Below, in pieces: positions 54,693 through 64,000 of a DNA stretch of 64,000 bases (the first letter of the stretch is position 1; the number at the start of each line of letters is the position of its first letter). The position numbers and the translations under genes are program-made. The stretch lies in NCBI GenBank assembly GCA_041746255.1, contig JBGTHM010000034.1, forward strand, positions 1-64,000, written 5' to 3'. Source of the stretch: Fibrobacteria bacterium. GTDB lineage: Bacteria > Fibrobacterota > Fibrobacteria > UBA11236. The notes beneath the pieces are model-generated. The model was not told the origin of the DNA, searched no databases, and was given only the letters and a program-made list of their open reading frames with translations.

Positions 54693-56155
54693 CGAAATCC
54701 CATTTTCTGGACGGAGTCTGGCGCAACGGCGAAGGTAAAGAATTCTCCTCCAGCGATCCGGCCACGGAGGAAATTGTTTGGACCGGGCGCGAAGGCCTTG
54801 CGAACGAAATCGATGCTGCGGTAGCGGCCGCTCATCGGGCTTACACTTCCTTTTCGGAATTGGAATTTAAAACCCGTGCGGACTATACGCGCGCCTATGC
54901 CGAGGCTCTGGCTTCCAGAAAGGACGAAATGGCGGATGCCATTTCCCGTGAAACCGGCAAGCCGCTTTGGGAGGCATTGGAAGAAGTCGCGACCATGCAG
55001 GCGAAAGTGCCGGTGTCTATCGAGGCCTACCAGGACCGCACCGGCATACAACGTATCGAACTCGGAGAATTCACAGGCGAGAAACGCTACAAACCCCACG
55101 GTGTGGTGGCGGTACTCGGACCCTTCAACCTTCCCGGCCATCTGCCTCACAGCCATATTGTCCCAGCCTTGCTCGCGGGAAATACCGTGGTATTCAAACC
55201 CAGCGAGCAAACGCCGCTGGTTGCGCAAAAAATCATGGAGGTTTGGGAAACCGTGGGGCTTCCCCCCGGGGTTTTCAATATGGTGCAGGGCGGGCGTAGC
55301 ACGGGAGAGGCCTTGGCCGCGCATCCGCGCTTGAACGGGCTTTTTTTCACGGGTAGCCATGCGGGCGGTTTGGCTTTGAACCGTCTTTTTGCGGAGCATC
55401 CGGAAAAAATTCTGGCCCTGGAGATGGGAGGCAACAACGCGCTCATCGCATGGGAGGTTAAGGACATGGCGGCGGGTATTACCGCGCTGCTCCAATCGGC
55501 CTTCATCACCTCCGGGCAGCGCTGCGTTTGCGCCCGCAGACTTATCGTTCCCGAGGGAAAGGTGGGCGACAAATGGCTTGACCTGCTGGTCGCCGGCGCA
55601 CGCCGCTTGCGCGTGGGCCTGCACACCGATCGCCCCGAGCCTTTCATGGGTCCGCTGATTTCCGCCGCCGCTGCCGATCGCCTGCTGGAGGCCCGCGACC
55701 GCTTGTTGCAAAAAGGCGCGCGCACCCTGCTGGCCATGGAAAGAAGTCCCCGCTGCCTGGCCTTGCTCTCCCCCGGTATCCTGGATGTCACCTCGGTTCC
55801 CGAGCTTCCGGATGGAGAATACTTCGGACCGCTCTTACAAGTTATACGGGCTCCGGATTTCGCAACCGCCCTCGACCTGGCCAATGCCACCCGCTTCGGG
55901 CTGGCGGCGGGTTTGCTGGACGATAGCCGCGAACGCTTCGAGCAATTCTTCCGGAAAATCCGCGCGGGGGTGGTCAATTGGAACCGCCCGATAACGGGAG
56001 CCAGCGGGAAGCTGCCTTTCGGGGGCATAGGGCAAAGCGGCAACCATCGCCCCAGCGCCTATGCCGCCGCCGATTATTGCGCCTATCCCGTGGCCTCGCT
56101 GCAAAGCGAAAGCGTAACGCGTCCGGCGAACCTTCCCCCCGGTCTCGAAGGTTGA
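54689..56155 (+). CDS. astD: Succinylglutamate-semialdehyde dehydrogenase
   Basis: GPFNLPGHLP, ALEMGGNN, GQRCVCARR and SGNHRPSAYAAADYCAYP. Confidence 0.94.
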   Translation: MTKSHFLDGVWRNGEGKEFSSSDPATEEIVWTGREGLANEIDAAVAAAHRAYTSFSELEFKTRADYTRAYAEALASRKDEMADAISRETGKPLWEALEEVATMQAKVPVSIEAYQDRTGIQRIELGEFTGEKRYKPHGVVAVLGPFNLPGHLPHSHIVPALLAGNTVVFKPSEQTPLVAQKIMEVWETVGLPPGVFNMVQGGRSTGEALAAHPRLNGLFFTGSHAGGLALNRLFAEHPEKILALEMGGNNALIAWEVKDMAAGITALLQSAFITSGQRCVCARRLIVPEGKVGDKWLDLLVAGARRLRVGLHTDRPEPFMGPLISAAAADRLLEARDRLLQKGARTLLAMERSPRCLALLSPGILDVTSVPELPDGEYFGPLLQVIRAPDFATALDLANATRFGLAAGLLDDSRERFEQFFRKIRAGVVNWNRPITGASGKLPFGGIGQSGNHRPSAYAAADYCAYPVASLQSESVTRPANLPPGLEG

Positions 56156-56195
56156 GGGAAGGGGTGGATTACGCCGGGTCCGGAGGGAAGCAACG

Positions 56196-57575
56196 GTGAA
56201 AAGATCGGAACCCACCGCGAATCGGGAAGCCGGGACGCAGGAATACAATTTCGATGGATTGATAGGTCCCACCCATAATTATGGTGGACTTTCCCCGGGC
56301 AACGTCGCCTCGGAAAAAAGCCGTCGCCGCCCCGCGAATCCCAGGCAGGCGGCGCTACAGGGGCTGGCCAAGATGCGCCTGGCCCATTCGCTCACCGGGA
56401 GGCAGGCGCTGTTGCCGCCACTGGAGCGGCCCGATCTCGCTTTTCTCCGGCGTAGCGGATTTACCGGAAACGATGCCCGCGTGCTGGAAAAATGCGCGCG
56501 CCAAGCTCCGGATTTATTGGCCATCGCCTATAGCGCCTCCAGCATGTGGACAGCCAACGCGGCCACCGTACGGCCATCCATCGACGGCGCCGATGGAAAA
56601 CTGCATGTTACCTCTGCCAATCTCAGCGCGCAAACCCACCGCTCGTTGGAACCGGAAGCGACTTCGCCTCTGTTGGCGCGCCTCTTCTCCGGCATTCCCG
56701 GGGCGATACTCCATCCCAACCTCCCCCAGGGAAATCTCTTCGGCGACGAAGGCGCGGCCAACCATATGCGTCTGGCCCCGGAACATGGCGCGCCCGGCCT
56801 CCATGTCTTCGTATATGGCCGCTCCGTCGCGGGTGGGCTCGCGCTTCCCCACCGTCATCCCGCGCGCCAAACCCTGGAAGCCTCCCAAGCCGTGGCCCGC
56901 CTGCATGGATTGGACGGGGGGCGGGCTCTTTTCCTACAGCAAAACCCCAAGGCCATCGATGCCGGAGCTTTTCATAACGATGTAATTGCCGTCAATCATT
57001 TGGGTTTTCTATTGGTGCATGAAAAAGCCTTCGCCGGAGGCAAGCGCGATATCGAAATTTTGCAAAAGGCTTATCGCCAGGCGACGGGAAAAACCTTGTC
57101 GGTATGCGAAGTTCCGGCCCGGAAAATTTCGCTGGCGACCGCGGTGGAAACTTATCTCTTCAACAGCCAATTCCTGGATAGACAAGCGGGAGGCGTATGT
57201 TTGTTGGCCGCGCGAGAATGTCGCGCCAACGCAAAGGTGCGCGCCTTTCTGGAAAACACCTTGCTACCCGGCGATAATCCGGTTTCGGAAGTGCGGTATG
57301 TGGATTTACGCCAAAGCATGCGTAACGGCGGCGGCCCGGCTTGTTTGCGGCTACGTGTCGCTTTGACCCCAAGCGAGGCAAAAGGAGTACATGCGGGAGT
57401 TCTCTTGCACGAAGAACGATTACAGAGGTTGGAAGTACTCGTCAGTCGCCATTATCGCGATCGGCTCACTTTTTCCGATCTGGCGGATCCGCGTTTGTTG
57501 CTCGAATCCCGGGAATGTCTGGATGAATTAAGCGGCATTCTCGATTTGCCGCAATTATATCGATTCCAAGCCTGA
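56196..57575 (+). CDS. astB: N-succinylarginine dihydrolase
   Basis: NFDGLIGPTHNYGGLS, SMWTANAAT, GDEGAANH, FHNDVI and SMRNGGGPACLRLRV. Confidence 0.96.
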   Translation: MKRSEPTANREAGTQEYNFDGLIGPTHNYGGLSPGNVASEKSRRRPANPRQAALQGLAKMRLAHSLTGRQALLPPLERPDLAFLRRSGFTGNDARVLEKCARQAPDLLAIAYSASSMWTANAATVRPSIDGADGKLHVTSANLSAQTHRSLEPEATSPLLARLFSGIPGAILHPNLPQGNLFGDEGAANHMRLAPEHGAPGLHVFVYGRSVAGGLALPHRHPARQTLEASQAVARLHGLDGGRALFLQQNPKAIDAGAFHNDVIAVNHLGFLLVHEKAFAGGKRDIEILQKAYRQATGKTLSVCEVPARKISLATAVETYLFNSQFLDRQAGGVCLLAARECRANAKVRAFLENTLLPGDNPVSEVRYVDLRQSMRNGGGPACLRLRVALTPSEAKGVHAGVLLHEERLQRLEVLVSRHYRDRLTFSDLADPRLLLESRECLDELSGILDLPQLYRFQA

Positions 57576-57577
57576 AG

Positions 57578-58399
57578 TCAGGCCGTATCGTCGTCCGCTT
57601 TTTCTCTTCTATCGGTACTCTCAAAAATTTTATCGGCCGATTCGACGATGAATCCCTGAAAGAGTTCACCCTCGGGAAGCGGATGACGTAAAGCGAATTC
57701 GTAATAGGCTCCCGGCACTTGCCGTTCGCCATCGGTGAAACGCACCCAGGCGGGGGCGGCCAAAGTCGAAGACTGCTCCAGGTAGACTTGCGGGTTTCCT
57801 TTGATTTCTCCACCCGCATCGTTGAGTTCAAAGCCTTGTTCCTTCAGGAAAGCATTGAGTTCGACCAATGAGGGGAAAGTTTTTAAATGGTTCGCGCTGA
57901 CGGTGAAATGGTTGGCGCGAAACCCGAATGCGGACAGCCAACCCCCGAATTCACTTTCTTCGCTAAGCTTCTCGTATTCGGAAAAATCCACTCTCCAGGG
58001 TCGGCCCAGGGCGGGGAAGTCCCATTTCTCCGGTAGCCCTTCGGGAATCTCCGCTACCAGGCTATCGACTTTTTTCCGGAATTCGGCGGAAATTTCGTCG
58101 CTGCGTAATTCGCTGATGAAAATTTTCGGCTGAATTCCGTCCGGATGTTCGAAATGGCAAGCCGTCAGCTTTTTATCCGGAAAATCGTACTCCCCTTTCT
58201 TTTCGTAGCCGAAAAATTCAAAGGGCCGGGAAAATACGGCCAAGTTCACTCGGGGGTGGTTAAAAGTACGGAAGGCGATATGATCGTTGACGATGGTTTC
58301 GCCGCGCTCTTTGAGCAAAGCGTGGATTTTTTCCGCCTGCGGGTTGATGTCGCAATAGTCTTTCCAAAGTATTTCCAGTAATTGCTCGAGATTTCCCAT
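57578..58399 (-). CDS. DUF1338 family Fe-dependent dioxygenase (2-oxoadipate dioxygenase/HglS-like fold)
   Basis: NDHIAFRT, PKIFISEL, ANHFT, LEQSS, YYEFA and FEST. Confidence 0.85.
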   Translation of the reverse strand: MGNLEQLLEILWKDYCDINPQAEKIHALLKERGETIVNDHIAFRTFNHPRVNLAVFSRPFEFFGYEKKGEYDFPDKKLTACHFEHPDGIQPKIFISELRSDEISAEFRKKVDSLVAEIPEGLPEKWDFPALGRPWRVDFSEYEKLSEESEFGGWLSAFGFRANHFTVSANHLKTFPSLVELNAFLKEQGFELNDAGGEIKGNPQVYLEQSSTLAAPAWVRFTDGERQVPGAYYEFALRHPLPEGELFQGFIVESADKIFESTDRREKADDDTA

Positions 58400-58465
58400 T
58401 CGGTAAAAATACTAAATCCACATTCGATATGAGTTTTCCCGACCGACGATTGAAGTTGCTATTTT

Positions 58466-59878
58466 GTGAGAGGCGGCGAAGAACCCCATTCCGGAATCCA
58501 ACCCCAATTGACTCTGTGCATTCGACATTGGCTCCTTGGTTTAGCGCTAGCATTCGCGGCTTTAGCCCACAGCACTCCAGAATTGGGACCCCTGAAAAAC
58601 TGGCGGCTGCGTCCCGCCGAACTTCGCGCGGGAGAAAACGCCCTCGTCCTCCAGCCGCTCCTTCAGGGAAAATCCGCCACCTGGACCACTCATCTCGAAT
58701 CGGGAACCTGGTTTTCTCTACGTTTTTCGGAAGACAAACCGAAACCCGTCCTTTTGACCTACTCGACATCCCCAGCGGCCGACGCCGTGCTGGAGGTATC
58801 CCATAATTCTCCGGATGGCAAAACCGGCACATGGGTCGCTTTGGATACTACGCGTACCGGAAAGTTTCTCAATAAAATTGATATTACGCCCCAATCCCGC
58901 GCATGGTATCGCGTGCGTTTCCTCAGGAGCAAACCCGGCGCGTTGAAAGTTTGGAACCTGGGACTTTATGCTCCGGCCCCGGGAGGCCGTAACGATTATT
59001 GGCTTGCGGTGGGAGCCAGCATCCAGAATCAAAGCATGCGCCAAGCTCGCTTTCAGCCCCTGGTACGTAAAACCTTTCCGGATTACGATCCCATCCTTTT
59101 CAATTTGGCGGTGTCGGGATGGGGTACAACCGAGTTGCTTCGCAATTTACCCGCCATTTTGGGCGCTCACCCCTATGCTACCTATGTGCTCATTCATATC
59201 GGCGGGAATAATATGACCTGGGCCCGGCCTTATGACGGCGGCGCGGCAACCTTGAGACGGGAGTTGCCGGAAATTCTCACCGAAGTGAAACGTGCCGGGA
59301 AAATTCCGATATTGGCTCGCCTTTCCTATCGCCAATACCGCGATCCCCTTCCGGTTCCTCCGGAAGAAAACGGATCCTGGCCCTATGTGCAGAATATTTA
59401 CGATCCCTTGATTCGTGAATTTTGTCCCGCATTTTTCGACTGGGATAAGGGCCAGGGATTGGTGGATTTCTACACCTGGTTCAAGGAAAATCCCGAGGAA
59501 CTTTCGAGCGACGGCATTCATTTGAACGCCAGGGGTGAGATGAGTTGGGGCCGCATTTGGGTGGAAGAAGCCGGTGGGGTCGTTTACGGTAAGCAGCCGG
59601 TAGCGGGAATTCTGGGTCGGCGGGTATACAGCCGTATGGGAGACCGCAAGACGCATTTGGTGATGAGCGGCATATCCGGCCCGGCCAGCATGCGAATTCT
59701 CGATACGCGCGGAAGGCTGGTCGCCCAGGTTATGGGCCGCGACACACCGAAAAGGGAAAAGGTGTTGGAATGGAATTTCCGCAATGACAAAGGGAGGAGA
59801 GCCGCGGTCGGAGTTTATGAATATGAGATCCGCGTAGACGGCAGATTACTCAAGGGCCGACTGGTGCTTACGCCTTAA
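58466..59878 (+). CDS. Secreted SGNH/GDSL hydrolase with a C-terminal FlgD-Ig/T9SS-like domain (start uncertain)
   Basis: AVGASI, NLAVSG, IGGNN and DGIHLN blocks; C-terminal ILDTRGRLV...WNFRNDKG...GVY. Confidence 0.75.
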   Translation: MRGGEEPHSGIQPQLTLCIRHWLLGLALAFAALAHSTPELGPLKNWRLRPAELRAGENALVLQPLLQGKSATWTTHLESGTWFSLRFSEDKPKPVLLTYSTSPAADAVLEVSHNSPDGKTGTWVALDTTRTGKFLNKIDITPQSRAWYRVRFLRSKPGALKVWNLGLYAPAPGGRNDYWLAVGASIQNQSMRQARFQPLVRKTFPDYDPILFNLAVSGWGTTELLRNLPAILGAHPYATYVLIHIGGNNMTWARPYDGGAATLRRELPEILTEVKRAGKIPILARLSYRQYRDPLPVPPEENGSWPYVQNIYDPLIREFCPAFFDWDKGQGLVDFYTWFKENPEELSSDGIHLNARGEMSWGRIWVEEAGGVVYGKQPVAGILGRRVYSRMGDRKTHLVMSGISGPASMRILDTRGRLVAQVMGRDTPKREKVLEWNFRNDKGRRAAVGVYEYEIRVDGRLLKGRLVLTP

Positions 59879-59898
59879 ATGCCGATTGCCAGGAATGC

Positions 59899-60690
59899 CT
59901 AGTCGGCGAATTGCAGAGGATTGAGCCGGATCCGTTTGAAGCTCTGGCCGGGCTCCGGCCGGCTTGGCCTCAGCCTTTTCCATTCGGTAGCGCTTTCACC
60001 TCCGGCTTGTCGTCTCAAAGTGAAAAGCGTGTCTCCCGGTGCAAAGGGTTCGCCATAGTTTTCACGCAGATAATTTTCCAGCACGATATGCAGGTTTTCG
60101 CCTTCTGGGACGATGGCCACCTGCATACGGTGAAAGGTCTCCAGTCCGTCCGCATGGAAGCGGGCGCTCGCCAATGAATCCGTATCGAACAGGGTCAGGG
60201 TATACAGCGTTGTACTCCGGTTACCGGTTGAGCCGTATTGCGCCCAGTCTTCAAACTCATAAACACCCGCCCAGGTCAAGTTATCGCCTAGGAGTTCGCT
60301 CTGTTTGGTGTTGGAATACAGGGCCATGCTGTCCAATTGCGGGGGGATGTCGGGATAGGAAATTCCGGCTAAATCCGCAAGATTTCGCCAGTTTCGACCC
60401 GAAGGGATGTAGAGGTAGGCGACATCAACCGGTTTGTCGTTGAGTAAAATGCTCCACTCATCCGAGGGTCCGTGCTTGGATGGGTCAACGCGTCGGATGC
60501 GTTCTTCCTGCCAAGCCGTATCGGCGCAGGGAGCGCAAAAATGCCGGACGGTTCGGACCTTCTGCAACAGGCTGACTGATTTTTTCATTTCGACGGCATT
60601 CAGGATAGAGGCATGCGCAGCCAGGGAAGGCTTTGCCTGAAGCAAAACGCAAAAGCCCAGGAATGCGACTATTCGAGAAGAGGTCGTCAT
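59899..60690 (-). CDS. Secreted two-domain hypothetical protein (CxxC domain + DUF5991-like domain)
   Basis: Signal peptide, FCAPC...VDVAYLY and WAGVYEF...GDTLFTL. Confidence 0.55.
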   Translation of the reverse strand: MTTSSRIVAFLGFCVLLQAKPSLAAHASILNAVEMKKSVSLLQKVRTVRHFCAPCADTAWQEERIRRVDPSKHGPSDEWSILLNDKPVDVAYLYIPSGRNWRNLADLAGISYPDIPPQLDSMALYSNTKQSELLGDNLTWAGVYEFEDWAQYGSTGNRSTTLYTLTLFDTDSLASARFHADGLETFHRMQVAIVPEGENLHIVLENYLRENYGEPFAPGDTLFTLRRQAGGESATEWKRLRPSRPEPGQSFKRIRLNPLQFAD

Positions 60691-60785
60691 GTGTCAAAGT
60701 ATAGCAACTTGAAGATCCGATTTCCCCCTGCTCATTGCTCCTGTCCCCATCCGGATGCTATGCTAGGCCGTTGAGGAGATTCACC

Positions 60786-62219
60786 ATGGAAACGCAGCAA
60801 TTCGATTTCGTCGTTATCGGGAGTGGACCCGCCGGACATTCCGCGGCTATTGAAGCCGCCAAGGCCGGCGCACGCACCTGCATCGTCGACAGGCGGGCGC
60901 GTCGCGGTGGAGTTTGCCTGCATGCAGGTACCATTCCCAGTAAAACCTTGCGTGAGGCGGTAATGCATTTGTGCGGGGCTCGGTTCAAGCATTTCCGGGA
61001 AAGTGAGGGAACAAGAGAACCCATTACACTTGAGGGATTGCACCGACGAATCAATAAGGTGTTGGTGCAACAAATGGATGTTATGGACGATCAATTGCGC
61101 CGAAACCGGGTGGAAATTATTTCCGGCCAGGCGGAATTCGAAGACGCGCATCACATGTTGATTTCCACGCTGGAAGAAGGTGTGGTAGGCCGGATTAGAG
61201 GTGAGAAAATACTTCTCGCGACCGGCACTGTGCCTCGGCGGCCTCCTGAAATCGAATTCGACCAGGAGGTGATTTTCGATAGCAATTTCATCTTCTCAAC
61301 TAAGAGTCGGGTGACCCAGCTTCCCAAATCCCCTATCGTGGCGGGAGCGGGTATTATTGGAACCGAATATGCCTGCATGTTCGCGGCCATGGGGTGCCAA
61401 GTATGGTTGGTGGACCAGCGAAAGGAGCTGTTTCGCTTCGTGGACGAGGATATTTGCGAAGAACTCGCGGCCTCAATGAAACGCATGGGTGTGGAAATAA
61501 TCCTGGGGTGTCAAATCCAAAAGGTTTATCGAAGCCCGGAGGGCAAAGCCGTGATGGAATTGGATTCGGGTCGCTTGGAAGGGGGTGCTTTACTGCATGC
61601 GATGGGTCGTTCGCCTTGCGTGGGCCCTTTACACGTGGAAAATGCAGGCGTTAAAGTCAGGCCGGGCATGACCCTCGAGGTGGATGCCAACCTGCGTACG
61701 CATCAGGAGCATATTTATGCGGCGGGCGACGTAATCGGGTTTCCGTCGTTGGCTTCAACCAGCTATGCTCAGGGGCGGATGGCGGCTCGCCATGCGATGG
61801 GGCTTCCCGTAAGCGAAGTTCCCTCCCTGTTTCCTTTCGCCGTCTATTCCATTCCCGAAATCGCCATGGTAGGCAAAATGGAGAAGGAGCTGCGCGATGA
61901 AGGCATTCCCTATGCTCTAGGTATCGCGAATTACCGGGAGAATCCCAAAGCGGTGATGTTCGGTTCGGACGATGGGATGTTGAAAATCCTCTTCTGTCCC
62001 ACCACCCTGAAAATCCACGGTGTTCACATTATTGGTGATTTGGCCGCCGAAATCGTGCATATCGGTTTGATGGTTATTCGTCTGGAAGGCGATTTGCAGA
62101 CATTGTTAGATACGGTTTTCAACTTTCCTACGCTGGCGGACCTCTATAAGGCCGCCGCGAGGAATGGGTTGAAGCAATTGAAGCAAGCTCGTGCGGAAAG
62201 CCTCAGTTCCAGCGGTTGA
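60786..62219 (+). CDS. sthA: Soluble pyridine nucleotide transhydrogenase
   Basis: IGSGPAG, GGVCLHAGTIPSKTLRE, GDVIGFPSLASTS, YSIPEI and FNFPTL; SD GAGGAG. Confidence 0.9.
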   Translation: METQQFDFVVIGSGPAGHSAAIEAAKAGARTCIVDRRARRGGVCLHAGTIPSKTLREAVMHLCGARFKHFRESEGTREPITLEGLHRRINKVLVQQMDVMDDQLRRNRVEIISGQAEFEDAHHMLISTLEEGVVGRIRGEKILLATGTVPRRPPEIEFDQEVIFDSNFIFSTKSRVTQLPKSPIVAGAGIIGTEYACMFAAMGCQVWLVDQRKELFRFVDEDICEELAASMKRMGVEIILGCQIQKVYRSPEGKAVMELDSGRLEGGALLHAMGRSPCVGPLHVENAGVKVRPGMTLEVDANLRTHQEHIYAAGDVIGFPSLASTSYAQGRMAARHAMGLPVSEVPSLFPFAVYSIPEIAMVGKMEKELRDEGIPYALGIANYRENPKAVMFGSDDGMLKILFCPTTLKIHGVHIIGDLAAEIVHIGLMVIRLEGDLQTLLDTVFNFPTLADLYKAAARNGLKQLKQARAESLSSSG

Positions 62220-62847
62220 CTTGCTCCTTGATAGCGGCTACGGTCTTGACTTCGTCAAAATTGGAAAAACGCTTGTACTCGCCTTTCTCATTAGCCACGA
62301 TAATGACCGGAACATAACCGGTTCCATATTTTTGGGCCACATGCCGTTCGGCATCCTGAAACATGGATACATGGCTTTTGCGCTCGGCCATGAATTTATG
62401 GATATCGTGGGGAGTGCTGTTGGACGTGGCAACGGCAATGGTGGTGAAACCCTGCTGAGTGAGTTCGTCCCCTAATTTCTGCACATGGGGGAATGATTCT
62501 TGGCAATGGGGGCAGGTTGCGGAAAAATAAAACAGAATGAGCTTCTTACCTTTGAATTCCCCGAAATTCTTGTGTGAGCCTGCGAAGGGCTTTAGACTAA
62601 CATTATAATCCAGGGTGCCACTTTGGGTTAATGCGAGCACCGAATCAATATTAACGTCGGATTTCACCGGAGCAGGTTTTGTGGGATTAACGGTCTTGGC
62701 GGCTTTCGCGGGAATTTCGCTTTTACCCTTTTCAGGGGTAGCCTTGGCTTGGTCTTTGCAATAGGTGAAGGAACCACCTAAAAGGCCGATTAAGAGCGAT
62801 AATGAGAGGGTCTTGGTGAGGGAAACAAAAAACATAGGCTTCTGCAT
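62203..62847 (-). CDS. Secreted redoxin (TlpA/AhpC-TSA fold)
   Basis: YFSATCPHC and GYVP cis-Pro loop, N-terminal signal. Confidence 0.8.
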   Translation of the reverse strand: MQKPMFFVSLTKTLSLSLLIGLLGGSFTYCKDQAKATPEKGKSEIPAKAAKTVNPTKPAPVKSDVNIDSVLALTQSGTLDYNVSLKPFAGSHKNFGEFKGKKLILFYFSATCPHCQESFPHVQKLGDELTQQGFTTIAVATSNSTPHDIHKFMAERKSHVSMFQDAERHVAQKYGTGYVPVIIVANEKGEYKRFSNFDEVKTVAAIKEQVNRWN

Positions 62848-63022
62848 AATTTCTCCAGGGTGGAAACGGCAGCCATAATATTAAAAGTTTTGCTCGCCAC
62901 GGCAATGAGAGGGGATTCGCGATTTTTCTTGTGTCTTGGAGGTGCGGCATTTTGTATGATTATTCGGGTTCAGTCAGGGCCCCTGAATACGGACCGGCCA
63001 ATCACCGCAGGGAGGCTTGAGT

Positions 63023-63418
63023 ATGGAACTTCTGGATAGACTGAAACTCTCCGAAGAAATCAAAGGGCATATCGAACCCCTCATCAAATCTATACCGGAA
63101 AGTGATTTGGAGAAATACGCGAAAGCAGCCGACTCGTACTTTAATCGCATCACGATACAGCATTCGCGCAACGCCTTCGTCGATTTGCCGCTTGCGCAGG
63201 ATCTCCATCGGGTTGCCTTATTCCTGCTGAAAAAATATCCGGACCTGCCTCCCGACGACCAGAAATTGGCGGCCGCGGGCATACGTTATTTCCTCATGAG
63301 TCATGGGGCGGAGCCCGATTTGGCCTCGGTGGACGGTTTTGAAGACGACGTGGAGGCCATGAACGCGGTTCTTGACACGCTCGGGCTTGCCGGAATGCGC
63401 ATCGCCTCGCGGGTTTAG
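63023..63418 (+). CDS. Hypothetical protein, YkvA/DUF1232-like
   Basis: AGIRYFL...[19 protein letters not shown] 7 nt before the ATG. Confidence 0.55.
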   Translation: MELLDRLKLSEEIKGHIEPLIKSIPESDLEKYAKAADSYFNRITIQHSRNAFVDLPLAQDLHRVALFLLKKYPDLPPDDQKLAAAGIRYFLMSHGAEPDLASVDGFEDDVEAMNAVLDTLGLAGMRIASRV

Positions 63419-63825
63419 GCATCCCCGTTTTTCGAGTCGGGATCGAAGGCCAATGATTCCGAATTAATGCAATAACGCTGGCCTGTCGGCGCGGGACCGT
63501 CTGGAAAGACATGGCCCAGATGGGCATCGCACCGCGCGCAAAGCACCTCCGTGCGTCGCATGAAAAGACTATTGTCCTCTTCCGATCGCACGTTCGCCTC
63601 TTGGGTGGGGGCCCAGAAGCTCGGCCATCCGGTACCCGATTCGAATTTGGTCTCGCTGGAAAACAAAGGATTTCCGCAGCATGTGCAGGTATAAGTGCCC
63701 TTTGCGTGGTGTTCGTAGTATTTCCCGGAAAAAGCCCTTTCCGTCCCCTTCTTTCGCGCTATGCGGTATTGTTCCGGCGTGAGCCGCTCTTTCCATTCCT
63801 GGTCGCTTTTTCGCACTTTTTCCAT
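63415..63825 (-). CDS. msrB: Peptide-methionine (R)-S-oxide reductase
   Basis: [30 protein letters not shown] and RYCINS. Confidence 0.97.
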   Translation of the reverse strand: MEKVRKSDQEWKERLTPEQYRIARKKGTERAFSGKYYEHHAKGTYTCTCCGNPLFSSETKFESGTGWPSFWAPTQEANVRSEEDNSLFMRRTEVLCARCDAHLGHVFPDGPAPTGQRYCINSESLAFDPDSKNGDA

Positions 63826-64000
63826 CCTTTTCTCCTTTTCGGTAGAGACCCCCACCGGATTCCGGCGAAGCGGCACCTCCCATCTACTTAGCACTAAAAT
63901 AGCTATCCTAAAATAAGAAGCCCGGGTGCTGGCTAGGTCCTTCCGTCGCACCGTATCCATATGCTAAACTAGGACCACCATGTCCTTCAAGCGGCGCAGC

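Noticed and set aside
54263..55711. 482-aa antisense ORF (also 44053-45276, 20071-21054, 55147-56043 and 40455-41267)
   Set aside because: Shadow frames opposite well-conserved genes in GC-rich DNA, with no recognisable motifs.
63980..64000. Start of a CDS (ATG TCC TTC AAG...) after TAAACT and AGGA
   Set aside because: Only 7 codons lie within the window, so it cannot be supported or identified.

Overview
Chromosomal window from a moderately GC-rich Gram-negative bacterium; the gene content (secreted proteins with T9SS/FlgD-like C-termini, fliW-csrA, type IV pilin) suggests a Fibrobacterota-like lineage, which is inference only. It holds about 60 CDSs and one tRNA-Leu(CAG). Housekeeping genes: rnhA, rlmN, ogt, lgt, hemF, rpiA, cfa, sthA, msrB, a Do/DegQ protease, a TetR-TolC-HlyD-ABC efflux operon, and an arginine succinyltransferase operon with no astE. 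Best candidates for undescribed biology: (1) three stand-alone AAA_14/DUF4143 ATPase-HTH-PD-(D/E)XK genes, each with a near-leaderless promoter buried in its own repeat or palindrome (one is a 5 x 22-bp array), interleaved with two toxin-antitoxin pairs around a sigma54-driven pilin locus that also encodes a Wzy_C ligase and an MFS/SpeE-like methyltransferase; (2) a six-gene envelope redox operon (two beta-barrels, a di-haem HzsA-like lipoprotein, TlpA, DUF4266, DUF3570); (3) an AT-richer CPBP protease / orphan histidine kinase / UbiA prenyltransferase module with a structured leader and a 20-aa uORF. Also notable: many apparently leaderless genes, A33 in place of the near-invariant U33 of the tRNA, and a circularly permuted TrxB-like flavoprotein fused to a membrane polyferredoxin. 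All family calls come from motif recognition by eye; no searches were run.
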